A DNA stretch of 63,994 nucleotides, counting the filler, from Sphacelaria rigidula (lineage: Eukaryota), in NCBI GenBank assembly GCA_964200075.2. It is 3 parts of 3 records of this genome, joined end to end, with 100 filler letters (N's around TTAATTAATTAA, not from the genome) between each part and the next. Parts side by side here need not be neighbours in the genome. Positions count along the whole stretch, not along the records: positions 1 to 21,463 come from CAXNAA020000421.1; positions 21,564 to 42,995 come from CAXNAA020000422.1; 1 more part is not named here. One strand, given 5' to 3'. Positions 11,501 through 21,714 of this stretch are shown piece by piece. Position 1 is the stretch's first letter. The number at the start of each line of letters is the position of its first letter. The position numbers and the translations under genes are program-made. The notes under the pieces are model-generated. The model was not told the origin of the DNA. It saw only the letters and a program-made list of their open reading frames with translations, and did no database searches.

Positions 11501-14500
11501 CTCATACCTTCACTGATGAAAACGAGCTTCTGAAACACTGTATATGTCGGGATTTGAGCCCGCAACCCTCCGCCCTAGTCGGCGGTTGATGGATCAGTTA
11601 GACCACCGGGGGGCAGCGGCCCTAATCGATTGTTATTTTGAATCACCCTCCAAGTATATCGAAGAGTTCGCAGTGCTTCGCCGGATCTTGTTCCACGATG
11701 AACACGCATCTCCGGCACGGGGAATGACGTAAACGTTGGCGCGTGCCGCATCAATCCGCCAATCTCGTGATGGCTGTGCTCGTCTGTGCCTTGTCCCCTA
11801 CCTGGTTAGAAGACGATAAAGCGGGGCACTGTGGTACTAACCTTGCCATCACCTTAAAACAGTGAAGCGAGCCGAGCAGCTGTAACACGAAAGAGACCAC
11901 GTACAGCATCACTCGCGAGTTTACGCGGGGTGTGTACACTCGAACACTAATCACGCTCTCTCGTACACATCCACCATAGGTACAACGTACGAGTAACGCG
12001 AGATTCGGTCAGTCGATAGTGACACAACTATGGACTAATCCACCATGTACACCATAATCCACGTTGTGAAGATAAGGAGCAGTTCTCCGTGTACACGAAG
12101 ACTTCATGAAAGGCCAAGAGGTGGCGTTTGAAAACGCCTGATTTTTACACTGCAGTACTATACTACACTGACACGAGCCCACCGACTTACTTCTCCGTTT
12201 CCACTACTGTCTCGTGCCTCGACAGCCTCCACAGCGTTTTCATGGATATTGAACGTCACACCAGCGAGCCCGGGATAGTCGCAAGCGGCGTGAACTCTCT
12301 CAAGACCTTTCACGCCGGGAACGTTGTAGCCTTGGCATGCCTGCAACCTATGTCACCAGAAAACGGAGATATCTCGGCCGGCGTGCTGATTACGGGAGGT
12401 CCGTGCAGGAAACAAAATTGCACGCCTTCGGTAGATAACAAATTCCAAAGAAGAATTTCAGGACAGCACGAGCGGGAAAGAATCAGAAACTGTCGGGTCT
12501 GTGCATGTGGCAAACTTAGAGTCGGTTGTGCGCGAGTTCGTAGAACTGGTTATGCACTGTGGCAAATCTCATCTCAGCTTCTGCGTCGTTGGTATACGTC
12601 TCTCACCAACCGTTATCAAGCTATATTGCGTAGGTGCACAAATGTTATCAGCTGATTCGGATCCCGTCCGCACTTACCACTTACATGTAACGCGCACCTG
12701 TGAAGGCGAGGACGGAACTATTCGAGGGTGGACAGCTGATCGAGGGAAGCTGTGTGGCTCGAGAAAATTCACTGCACACTCCGAACCGTCGCCAGATGTT
12801 GATGACGTTCAACACGACACCGGCGAGGGAAGCAACGCGGGAGTGGAAGCGCTCGACCGCAGCAAACTCGCAGGTGTAGAGAGGGGTTCTGAAGAAGTAA
12901 CGTCTGCTACGAACAAGAAGGGAGAAATTCCCATACCTGTTTGTGCGCTGGTGTCTTGCCGATTGCAGCCTCTTATTGCGGTGGGTCTATGCCATGGCGC
13001 CGTTCACATCATGTTTGTCAAGCAGGTGAGCGACTTTCTGCGTGTGGCGAGACACACATGAAATCAGCGATTTGATTTACAGTGCTCTCGAGTCTCCTTT
13101 TGCGAGCACCTCTGCTTTGTCTGCCTTAGATACGCCCATTTTGTGGAAAGTGACCACGGTGGGATCGCTCGGTCCCTCGGGGATTGCTCAATCAATCAGT
13201 GGTACACAGTGTTGGGTCAAAGCAGGTGTAAAATATGGCGGGTGTAGCTGGTCTATGGCGGGCCTCGTTCACCACAACATTACCATTAGATTTGTGAAAC
13301 GTACTGAATATGAACCGCTCCTGACAACTTCGTCACCGTGGCTGATACCTAAGCGACCTTCGCGACCTGCGTGACGGGACAAGGGTAGAAACGAAAAGCA
13401 TGCCAAATTCGAGTCCAAAACGCCTTGTGCAGGGTAGGTGAAGTCACGATTCCTAGATTGGCAATGAAACCACAGCCACCCACTGAAAATCAGAGAGAGA
13501 GTAAGGCACTTCTTCGTTGCCGCCCACGCTGTCGTTGCTGTTGCCCAGACGTCCGCGTACGACGTTGACATGACAACGCTGTGGGAAGAACAGTTCTACC
13601 GAGGGCCCGCATCGCAGCTTTGTTTCCACCCCACCAAGCCCTTGCTGGCCGTGGCCTCTTCCGACGACCGAGCGGTGCACGTAATCAACTTCCACAACCC
13701 CACGGGGGAATTCGTCGTGGGGAGCGTCGGTGTGGCACCCCCCGGACAAGGCGGGGTGAACGGCCTCATGTGAGATATGTACGTTGCAGTATGCCTCGTC
13801 ACAATGGAGCTGGTGGTTGGGGGCGAGAGATATCGTGGACCTTGGCTTAGATTGTCCCTGAAAGGGCAGAGGGAGACAGGAAAACATTTGCGCACTCTGC
13901 TGTAGTATGATTTAAATTCGGTACTTGACAACCACACCCTCGTTTTGGCAGTCCTATGTGGGAAATGTGTCGACACACGCAACGGGGAATCGATGTGTGA
14001 CACACTGTAGGGTCTTCGCGGCAAGGCCTGAGTGCGGGCGGCAACACTCCGTGGGTGTTGCGGTCGTCCGTGCTTTCCCGCCCGGTGGGTTGCCTGCCCC
14101 CTGTCCTGCGACGCGATGATGTTCAGGGCAGACTACTCTCAGCTTATTATCATAGAGACCACATTCGACCATATTTTTAACGTCCAGATCCATGGGATAG
14201 GTGCGCTTCACCGTAAATGACGAATCACAATGTTGAGCATAACACAGGACTACAGCCCCACAGCCCCACCCACATGCAGCTCGTCGTTCCGTTTCTCGTT
14301 CGACGGTTTAACCCGATCCACCTTTCAGGTGGAGGGGAAACGACATTATTTTCAGCACGAGTGACTGCCTATTGTGCTCCCTTCCAGTCAGATCCGACCG
14401 CCGGGCTCGCCCCAACCGCTGCGACTCTCTCTTGTGGGCTTTTCGCACCCCTACCCCCCTACACGCGATGCGGCCTCACCCGCAGATCGATCACGGCCCA

Positions 14501-17500
14501 TTTTTTGCCGTGTCAGCAGATATGCGCGTTCTACAGGTGCGATAAAGCAGCCCTACGTGAAAACCAACACAAGCGAGGTACAGTATTTCTACACAGATGT
14601 TGAGTTAATGTCAATATGGTACAGCGATCCACAAGCGCTCGTCTTCTCGCCCTCTTGCATTTAGTGCCGTTAGGTGCTGGCACAATCTCAACGCCCACCA
14701 GAGAATGACGCAACCACTTGATCGGGAATGTTCGCCTGAACCTTTTGACTGCGAGGGAAGGTCACCTGCTGAATCGGCATCGATATTCACTTGAAAAAAT
14801 TCTGCATGATCCAGATGAACTACCCGCACCACGGTCTACGGGCTAACGCCGAATCATATTCTCATGTTAGACGAACTTTCTTTTCACCGTACAAAACAGG
14901 TGACGCGATAAGCCGTGTTTCTTCCCATAATCGTGTCGGGCGATTTCCCCATCTTGGTCCCACACACAGTACGCCCCTATAAGGATGTCCACACCGAACG
15001 ACCCGTAAAGCTCTTTCTGTACAGCATTTACTCCGCGTAGCAACTCAAAGTCAACTAACTACAAGTATCCATCAAGCTCTACAATACTTCTATCGTGGTC
15101 GCTGATGATCACTTCGTCGCGGAGGACAGGTGTTGCCGGCTCTTCCAGAGAAGGGTATACCTTCTACGGTAGATGGTAGTGGAGAGCCCAAATCGATGTC
15201 GCCGCTGGACACCCTTGAGGCGCATCAGAAAGGCGCCGCTGTCATGGCAGCATCGCCGGACGGGCGGTTTATGGCCACAGGGGGCGCCGATGGACTTGTG
15301 TGCCTGTGGATGATCTATGAAAATCAGGTAAAAACAAGCGACCCATTCTTCGTGCTGCGTTGTACAGCTGGATAGAATTGGCCTGCGGGTTAACAAACCA
15401 ACTATTACTAATGTCGTTAGCCGCGTGGCGCTTATTTCACCTTATTGAATAAGAATAGCTACCTCGCTTGTCCATTTTAGCAGGGCGGTTTACAGGGACA
15501 ACACGACCTAAGTCAATTTCTTCATGTCACTGTATTGCTCGATCTTGGACAGGTGTCAAAAGTATCGATCATCACATCCTCCACAGTGAGGTTTAGTGAG
15601 TTGGGAAACCCGTCGAAGATCTGTTTCAATATTGATTCACACGTCTTGCCTTGCTTTAAGAAAACGTACCAAATTCACAAATATTGTTTTTTCTAAGCTG
15701 TTATCCCACCGATGTTGCATATTGTTCCAATCGGTGAAGCATTTCATCTATTCTTGCACGCCAATGAGGCTATGGCGGGCATTAGCTTTGTTGTGAGCAA
15801 CCTCTTTCGTCGAGCGACCACTGTCGATTGCGATACAGTAGTCAACGTTTGGATACTCAGTTTTCTTGATGGGAGTTTTTCGCAGACGATCGTCATCTTC
15901 ACCCGAAAGTTCGGGAATCGGTACGCATTGGTACAAGTAAAATATCCTTAGTAATACGGAGATCCTTCATAGCACATACTCCAAATCTTGTGTTGTCAGG
16001 ATAATAGGGAGAGAAACCCCGGGATTCATTTTTTCGGGGGGTAGGGGTGAGCATGCTTGTGAAGGCAGATACCCGCATTTGACTAATACATGTACCTCCA
16101 GACAAATACTCGACTCCTTCACTCCCCCAACGAGTACTGTACTTGCAAAAAATGCTCGCAAGTCAAACGACCACTCTGCTCCTATCAGAGGCCAGTGAAA
16201 GATCACTATGTCCATCTAACAACAAAACGCAGGTGGAGTTGCTCAACTCCGCACTGGTGCACGCTGGTCCCGTGATCTCCTTGGCGTTCGCAGCAAACTC
16301 GGCGCACTTGTTCACCACATCGCTGGACGGAACCGTGTTCGGGCTGGCGCTTGAAGGACTGGAAGAGGGGGCAGGATCCCAACCCCCACCTCCCGTTTCT
16401 ACTCTCGAGGTAAATACTAAGGTACTTGATGTCATCGACGAAAGTTGATATGTACGTACTTCAGAATTGGCAAATTTACCCCCGCTCCCCCTTAAACGTA
16501 CGGCTAACTAACGTAAGCAAGCAAGTGCACACCCAAATTTACTCATCCACTTGGGGGTAGGTAGCGTGCTACCTACCCATCTACCAGAGGTGTGTGCACC
16601 CAATGCACTCGTTGTTCTGGGGTTTATCTAGGCACGCACGACCTTGGTCGCGTCTCTTCATGCATTGGTGAACTGGAGTCAAACAACGTGCGAAAACATG
16701 ATTAAGGTTACGGGCATCATCAACGGTAGAACTGTCGGTGCACCGCTAGAACAGCTGGCCGTTGCAGTTTGGTGCCATTTCGCCATCTGCACTACGTAAT
16801 GTGGGAAGTACACGCACGGATACTACCTGCGGTACTAGGATTGCGATTGCAGCACATATTCGAAAACGACAGTTACGGACCCAGACCCAAGTGTTTAGGG
16901 CACATCGACGAAGTGTTCGGCTCGGTTATTCTTTCACGAACTTCAGGAAAACGAGCGACGGGTGCTTCGACGCCGTGACTCGTTATCTCTTTATCTCTTG
17001 CTGTCTCTTGGCTGTTCGCTCTGTCGTCATCTCGCGGACCTCACGCTTGTCCATCACTCAGAGGCTTGCCGACAGAAAGGCGGCAAAGCAGAAGGGTCAG
17101 ACCTCTATAATCGAGCAACTGGACGTCGAACCGTGGCGACAGGAGTCACACACCGAAGCACGAGATAGCACCAGCGTGAGAGTCCCGCAATGTGTCGCGA
17201 GTGAAGGTGTTGCCCATGGACATGTTCCTCAGCGGATCGCCCAGACCGCGTTTGCAGTATGTAGCACAAACGAGTACTGGGGTATTGGCGGCAGGCCGAA
17301 ACCGGCGTAGACGCCCCTCCAAGTGTTTCGCAATCACAGACGCGGATTTTCATGCCCAGCGCTGATATTCTAGCGGAGCAAAATGTCGATGATCTTTGCG
17401 TATCACGCACAACCAGCACGGCTCTTTTTCTTGCTCTACAGTAAAACTCGTAATCACGGCTCCCCAAAACCCAGGTGACCCAGCTCAAGCCACTCCGAGA

Positions 17501-20500
17501 CTGCTGTAGTTGTCGCCACATATTTTGCATGCAGAATCAGGGTGAAACTCCCAGCAGCTGCGAATTTTGAACCGTTGGATTGGGTTACCGCCCCCGCCCA
17601 CCCCCCACATGGGGTTGGCGTCGGTTGCAACGACGCTGTGAAACACGCCGCTCGTTGCGTGAAAGCTAGGCAACCAGATCACTTTTTTTTTGCGCCTGTG
17701 CTTGTTTTGCGGTAACCACGATGGTGGTCGAGCTAGATCACATTGTGCGGGGTGGGGGAGGGGGTGATCTTACCATGTACTGTAGTGTTTAAATGGTGCG
17801 ACACCCATGAGGTAGTGTGGAACCCGTGGCTGTCTCTGGAAGTAGCGATACCCGAAAATGAAGCAACTCATTGGAGGCTGTCACTTATATTCAAGATATT
17901 CAGTACGCTTCGGGCCGAACAGTCGAAGCAGGATGCAGCCCGCCCTTCATGCGACTCGCCGAACACACTGCGGCGCTTCGCGCTTGGTAATTGATTGCGA
18001 GCATGGTCCGGCGAAAACCCGGCGTGGTCCGCCCCGGCTTTGTAGGGATGCGAGGTCAATGGTCTTGTGACGACAGCATGCGAAATCATGAGCACACCTC
18101 CCCCCAAATCTACTGCTGCTCGAATACTCAAGTCTACCCGAATTTAGCTTGCGATCTAGCTTCAGTGGTCGCACATAGAAACGCACCCTCGCGACACTTA
18201 CAAGTACATGTGCGGGGCTCGGTGCCGATTAACCACACTATACCTCCGTAAAACCGGAGCAAGCACATAGTGCAGATGAGCCGGCAGAATGACACCTCGA
18301 CTCTATCGGACGCTGAAGTGAACGCTGTCGACTTCATTTCGTTGACCCTCGAGCTCTTCGAAGATCTACCTTTCACTCGCAGACCCATCCCACAGACGCA
18401 GTACATGAATGAGAAAAGGGCAACTTGTTCTACTCTAGCACTAGAATGCATTCAAGCATATACTCTCCAATCAAACGTTTTCATCTGGTAACGTTCTCAT
18501 ATGCATGATCTATTCCGCAATGATTTCATGAGGGATCAGATCGAGCCGGACGCCGCGGGCAGAGCGCAGCGGAAGGTGGTGGGAGAGTTCAAGGCCCGGC
18601 TTGCACGTATCGTCCAACGAAATGGGACCTTGCCCGATATGGAAAAGATGGACCGGAAAGAGTTTGTTGTCGACGTGGTAGGCAGGTGAGCGAATTTTGA
18701 TCACAGGGAAATAGTATTTACTGTGTACATAGTGAAAAATGGAGACGCAATGTAACCTGGCGCAAGGGACCGGCGAAGATTGTCTGAAAAATAACACTTG
18801 CTCGGTCTGATTCTCTGTTCGTGATACCTGACGGTGAGCGGGTTGAACAAAAGGAAAAAAGCAGCACTTGTCCTTTTCCGTCTGATAAAAGTCAACCATA
18901 TTTATCAGTTGGCCTGAAAAGTATTTGTCCTGTCCCGTCTACAGTGGTTGTGGCTCTCCTCCCATTACCGATGATCGCTCGCCTCCAAAGCAGCGTCTCT
19001 TCTGTATCTGTATATGCAAGTTTGTACTGCATACAATTCTCCACATCATCCATCCATGCCCGGATATGCACTTTTGTCCATCCGCAAGATTTGGATCTGT
19101 ACGAAGTCGCTGCTGAACGACACACGGCAGCTCCTTGTGGATACCGTACATTCGATTGCTTGACTGCCGAGACGCGTAAAACCATTATAGGGACTGGAAG
19201 GCTGCAGCCAATCAGGCGGCGGCGAATAGACTCCGCGAGGACATAAGGAGGCGAAATCTGGCGAAAGAACTGGTCCGGGTCAGGATCAAGGAGGAGTGCT
19301 GGGACTCGATGGAAGTGCAGAAAAAAGAAGTGCGTACACAATCCACGTGTTGAAGAACTACACAAAGCTGGCACCCTTCAGTGTACAGCATCTTGAAAAA
19401 AATATATATTTGAGGCTGTCATGCCTAAGCAAGATAATTCGTCCGCTTCGGGCCGAACAATCGTAGTACGATACAGCTCACCCTGCATGCGACTCGCCGA
19501 ACACATCACGGCGCTTCGCGCTTGGTGATTGCGAGCCTGGTCCGGCATAAGCCCGGCGGGCTCCGTACCGGCTTTGTAGGGATGCGAGGTCAATGACTAC
19601 GGCATGTAGAATTCCCCCCCCCCAAAAACAAATGAAGAAGTAAAAGAGAGTAACATTGATATAGTGGGAGAATGCGAACTATGCAAGGAGGAACGGGAAG
19701 TATGAGAGGGGGAAATGGGGAAACTAAAAGAACGCGGCATGGAATCGTTTGGTACTTTGGATAGTTGCGAGAAAACGACCGCTATACTAGGAGATAGATG
19801 GCCACAGACGGCGAAACAGGAAAGGGATAAGATACGTGATAGGTTCTTGTGTCATGTACGGGAAAAGCATAATGAGAGCCCAAATGTCGGAAGCGTCTCT
19901 ATTAGGAGTAGGAACGGTGTTCTGTCTCGAAATGGATGCATGGCCAACGGACAAATGACCACAGCAAGCAACAAATGAGTACACCCCCCCGCCCCACGGC
20001 GTGCGGCTTACTGGGACGAACAACAGGTTTGGAGCATGCAGCCGGGCGGGGTGTTCGTTGAAAATTTTGCGATACGGCGACGGAGTCCACAAGAGCTTGC
20101 GCTCGTTCGGAAGGTACAACGTAAACTTGCTGTCAAATTTATCCGCTGTCGAGACGGTAACGCAAGAGACGCGACAAAAATGTGCGCACCAGCTGTGTAT
20201 GAACCACGACGTTTCTTCGTGACGAGAAGGGCAATGTACGCAGGCTATTTATCCCGACGAAGATGGTCTTACTCGGTATTTTGTGCTTCTTTAGTGATGT
20301 ATGCGGCAGGCCTGTCTCAACATACTGCATAACCTGAAACGAACCCTCCGGCAGAACTATGTGCTTTTTACAACGGGATGCGTATGCCAACAGCTCCGGG
20401 CCCATGTATTTGAGTGTGCAATTGACTGGAGGAGAGCAAGACATTACTCGAGCCGTAAAATATCCCAGACGACCTAGTAAGGTGCGCCATAGGTGGAAGC

Positions 20501-21142
20501 CACGTTGTTTATCCATTCAAATGCCACTGGAAACCAGGTGAAGCACCTGAGGGCTTTGGAGTTGAGGGATATCCGGCGCGGAACGTACTCCGCCACTAGG
20601 GCGTGGCCTGGTCTCCTAGATGAGGTGAAATCGTACCGTGTGTCCACAACGAATTCAACAAGGGTATTGTATGTTCAACACGCATTGCGTCCAAAGCTGA
20701 GCGTTCTCGCCGGCGTACAATCGTGCGGCTGAACAGTCGCCTAGTTTGGAGGTCTTTCCTGACGGGTTTAGCAGCATGTTCATTCTAGCACACCAGTGTT
20801 AATACCCCCCCGCTTCGACGGTCAAGCTGGTACATATATCACCGGCCGGTTTGACCGGATTTGTGCTTTCCAACTGATGCGGCAAACACCCCACGACCAA
20901 GTGCTGCCAAAATGATCACTGGAAGTACTCGTTGCGCCCAGGTACCACCGGACATTTCTTGGATGGTAAACGAGGGTCGACTTGCCCCTGTGGTAGACTT
21001 AGTACAGACCCTCAGGGAAGATACTGCTGCTGGTGCTGGAGCCACGGCAAGGGGCGGGGTATGGGGGAAGGGCGCCGCGGATGCCGAAGACGCTGCCAAG
21101 GGTGGCGGTGGTGGTGGCAAAAGATCTGCTGCAAAGAAAGAC
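2380..21142 (+). CDS. CFAP43: Cilia- and flagella-associated protein 43-like (WD40 repeats then coiled coil); multi-exon, start exon not securely found, 3' part lost at the assembly gap
   Basis: AG/GT-bounded, phase-compatible exons: 2380-2513, 2810-2990, 3177-3305, 3523-3894, 10331-10519, 11199-11308, 12226-12398, 12706-13025, 13549-13769, 14329-14536, 15130-15327, 16233-16409, 17062-17175, 18540-18685, 19191-19329, 20027-20113, 20538-20624, 20942-21142. The joined protein has WD40 motifs (VAFSRDGARVAAFG, LSFNPADSDQLC, ASPDGRFMATGGADGLVCLW) and the CFAP43/44-type motifs NGTLPDMEKMDRKEFVVD and RIKEECWDSMEV. The N-terminal PAIHLYSYP...GTDLRY favours CFAP43. Confidence 0.8.
2810..2990 (+). CDS. 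CFAP43: CFAP43-like exon (WD40)
   Basis: cag|C acceptor, AAA|gtgcg donor; GTDLRYVDVAFSRDG...ATVWNV. Confidence 0.8.
3177..3305 (+). CDS. CFAP43: CFAP43-like exon
   Basis: tag|GTG, TGG|gtgag; LSFNPADSDQLCIGG...LYFWRV. Confidence 0.8.
3523..3894 (+). CDS. CFAP43: CFAP43-like exon with Ala/Pro/Asp-rich loop
   Basis: aag|GTT, CTG|gtggg; ends YTCHCWGLEGTLWAVNEPGQL. Confidence 0.75.
4480..4627 (-). repeat. 3' LTR (retained part)
   Basis: Aligns over ~148 bp with 9727-9873, with scattered substitutions. Confidence 0.85.
5003..6253 (-). pseudogene. Integrase remnant of the gypsy element
   Basis: 416-aa ORF with HHCC-like zinc site and DDE core. Confidence 0.85.
9727..9873 (-). repeat. 5' LTR (retained part)
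   Basis: Aligns with 4480-4627. Confidence 0.85.
10331..10519 (+). CDS. CFAP43: CFAP43-like exon
   Basis: cag|GCG, AAG|gtacg; HLIVTGNDGSIDWL. Confidence 0.75.
10607..11104. mobile_element. hAT-type MITE with GGGAC subterminal repeats
   Basis: TIRs cagggcttttacggga / tcccgtgaagaccctg; degenerate 8-bp TSD ttttgcac / gtttgcat. Confidence 0.75.
11199..11308 (+). CDS. CFAP43: CFAP43-like exon
   Basis: tag|GTG, AG|gtgct; MACSPLYDKMVVGSADG. Confidence 0.75.
11544..11612 (-). mobile_element. tRNA-derived SINE head
   Basis: Minus strand ccccggtggtctaactg (A-box-like) ... gggctcaaatcccg (B-box-like); resembles the head at 45305; no intact cloverleaf. Confidence 0.5.
12226..12398 (+). CDS. CFAP43: CFAP43-like exon
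   Basis: cag|C, G|gtccg; KTFHAGNVVALA...VLITG. Confidence 0.7.
12706..13025 (+). CDS. CFAP43: CFAP43-like exon
   Basis: aag|GC, CAG|gtgag; GEDGTIRGW...PLIAVGLCHGAVHIMFV. Confidence 0.75.
13549..13769 (+). CDS. CFAP43: CFAP43-like exon
   Basis: cag|ACG, AT|gtgag; LCFHPTKPLLAVASSDDRAVHVI. Confidence 0.8.
14329..14536 (+). CDS. CFAP43: CFAP43-like exon
   Basis: cag|G TGG completes GLMW from the previous exon; CAG|gtgcg donor. Confidence 0.7.
15130..15327 (+). CDS. CFAP43: CFAP43-like exon (WD40)
   Basis: cag|GTG, CAG|gtaaa; AHQKGAAVMAASPDGRFMATGGADGLVCLW. Confidence 0.85.
16233..16409 (+). CDS. CFAP43: CFAP43-like exon (WD40)
   Basis: cag|GTG, GAG|gtaaa; HAGPVISLAFAANSAHLFTTSLDGTV. Confidence 0.85.
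17062..17175 (+). CDS. CFAP43: CFAP43-like exon
   Basis: cag|AGG, AGC|gtgag; phase 0 on both sides, poorly conserved sequence. Confidence 0.6.
17874..18078. repeat. ~200-bp GC-rich dispersed repeat, probable small TIR element (gctgtc...gacagc)
   Basis: Second copy at 19412-19605 in the same orientation. Confidence 0.7.
18540..18685 (+). CDS. CFAP43: CFAP43-like exon
   Basis: cag|ATC, AG|gtgag; RNGTLPDMEKMDRKEFVVD. Confidence 0.8.
19191..19329 (+). CDS. CFAP43: CFAP43-like exon
   Basis: tag|G, GAA|gtgcg; NLAKELVRVRIKEECWDSMEV. Confidence 0.85.
19412..19605. repeat. Second copy of the 17874-18078 repeat
   Basis: Shared gcttcgggccgaaca...ggctttgtagggatgcgaggtcaatg. Confidence 0.7.
19655..19982 (+). 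mobile_element. 5'-truncated 3' end of a non-LTR retrotransposon (LINE-like)
   Basis: Decayed frame IVGECELCKEEREV*EGEMGKL...AILGDRW ending gcaagcaacaaatgagtac; the same terminus is inverted at 21406-21463. Confidence 0.55.
20027..20113 (+). CDS. CFAP43: CFAP43-like exon
   Basis: cag|GTT, AAG|gtac; VENFAIRRRSPQELALVRK. Confidence 0.75.
20538..20624 (+). CDS. CFAP43: CFAP43-like exon
   Basis: cag|GTG, GAG|gtgaa; VKHLRALELRD. Confidence 0.7.
20942..21142 (+). CDS. CFAP43: CFAP43-like exon (last before gap)
   Basis: cag|GTA, GAC|gtaagt. Confidence 0.7.
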
Positions 21143-21405
21143 GTAAGTTCAGAGATGGGGTAAAGGGGTCGTATTGATCCGATAGAGGCATCGACATGAG
21201 ATGTATGCAGGGGGAGAGGGAGGAATAGGCACGCACACAGGGACGAGCCGAGACAGAGATAAACAGACAAGTAGATAGACGGACAGACCAGAGGCATGCA
21301 TATAGAAAGGGGCAGGCACATTGAGAGGGGGAGGGAGAGGGAGAGAGGGACTAATGCAGGACATGGGCCCAAGCATAAATGTGGTTAGAGCAGTTGTAAG
21401 GGGGC

Positions 21406-21463
21406 GTACTCATTTGTTGCTTGCCTTAGTCGTTTGACCATTGACCACGCGTCCCTTTCGAGA
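21406..21463 (-). mobile_element. Inverted 3' terminus of the same LINE-like family at the contig end
   Basis: Reverse complement matches 19925-19982. Confidence 0.6.
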
Positions 21464-21563
21464 NNNNNNNNNNNNNNNNNNNNNNNNNNNNNNNNNNNNN
21501 NNNNNNNTTAATTAATTAANNNNNNNNNNNNNNNNNNNNNNNNNNNNNNNNNNNNNNNNNNNN
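21464..21563. other. Assembly gap / artificial scaffold linker
   Basis: 100 bp of N with central TTAATTAATTAA (stops in all six frames). Confidence 0.98.
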
Positions 21564-21714
21564 GTACACGCAGCCCAGACACGTGGAATGGCACAAAAGT
21601 TGCGTGGATACCCCTTGGACCTGCGATCGACTTTTTTCTCCCTTATGGGCAATCAGACCGAAGAAATCGTGAATTTGGTGACTTTTGAGTCCGTGATGAT
21701 TTGTCCTAACCGTG
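21564..21714. mobile_element. Family B hAT-like MITE, truncated by the gap
   Basis: Matches 35817-35965. Confidence 0.7.

Noticed and set aside
11505-11555. Hammerhead-like core CTGATGA...GAAAC...GTC
   Set aside because: Stem II does not pair and stem I starts with a mismatch; it overlaps a reverse SINE head and is likely chance.
21508-21519. TTAATTAATTAA palindrome
   Set aside because: Artificial six-frame-stop linker inside the N run, repeated at the second gap.
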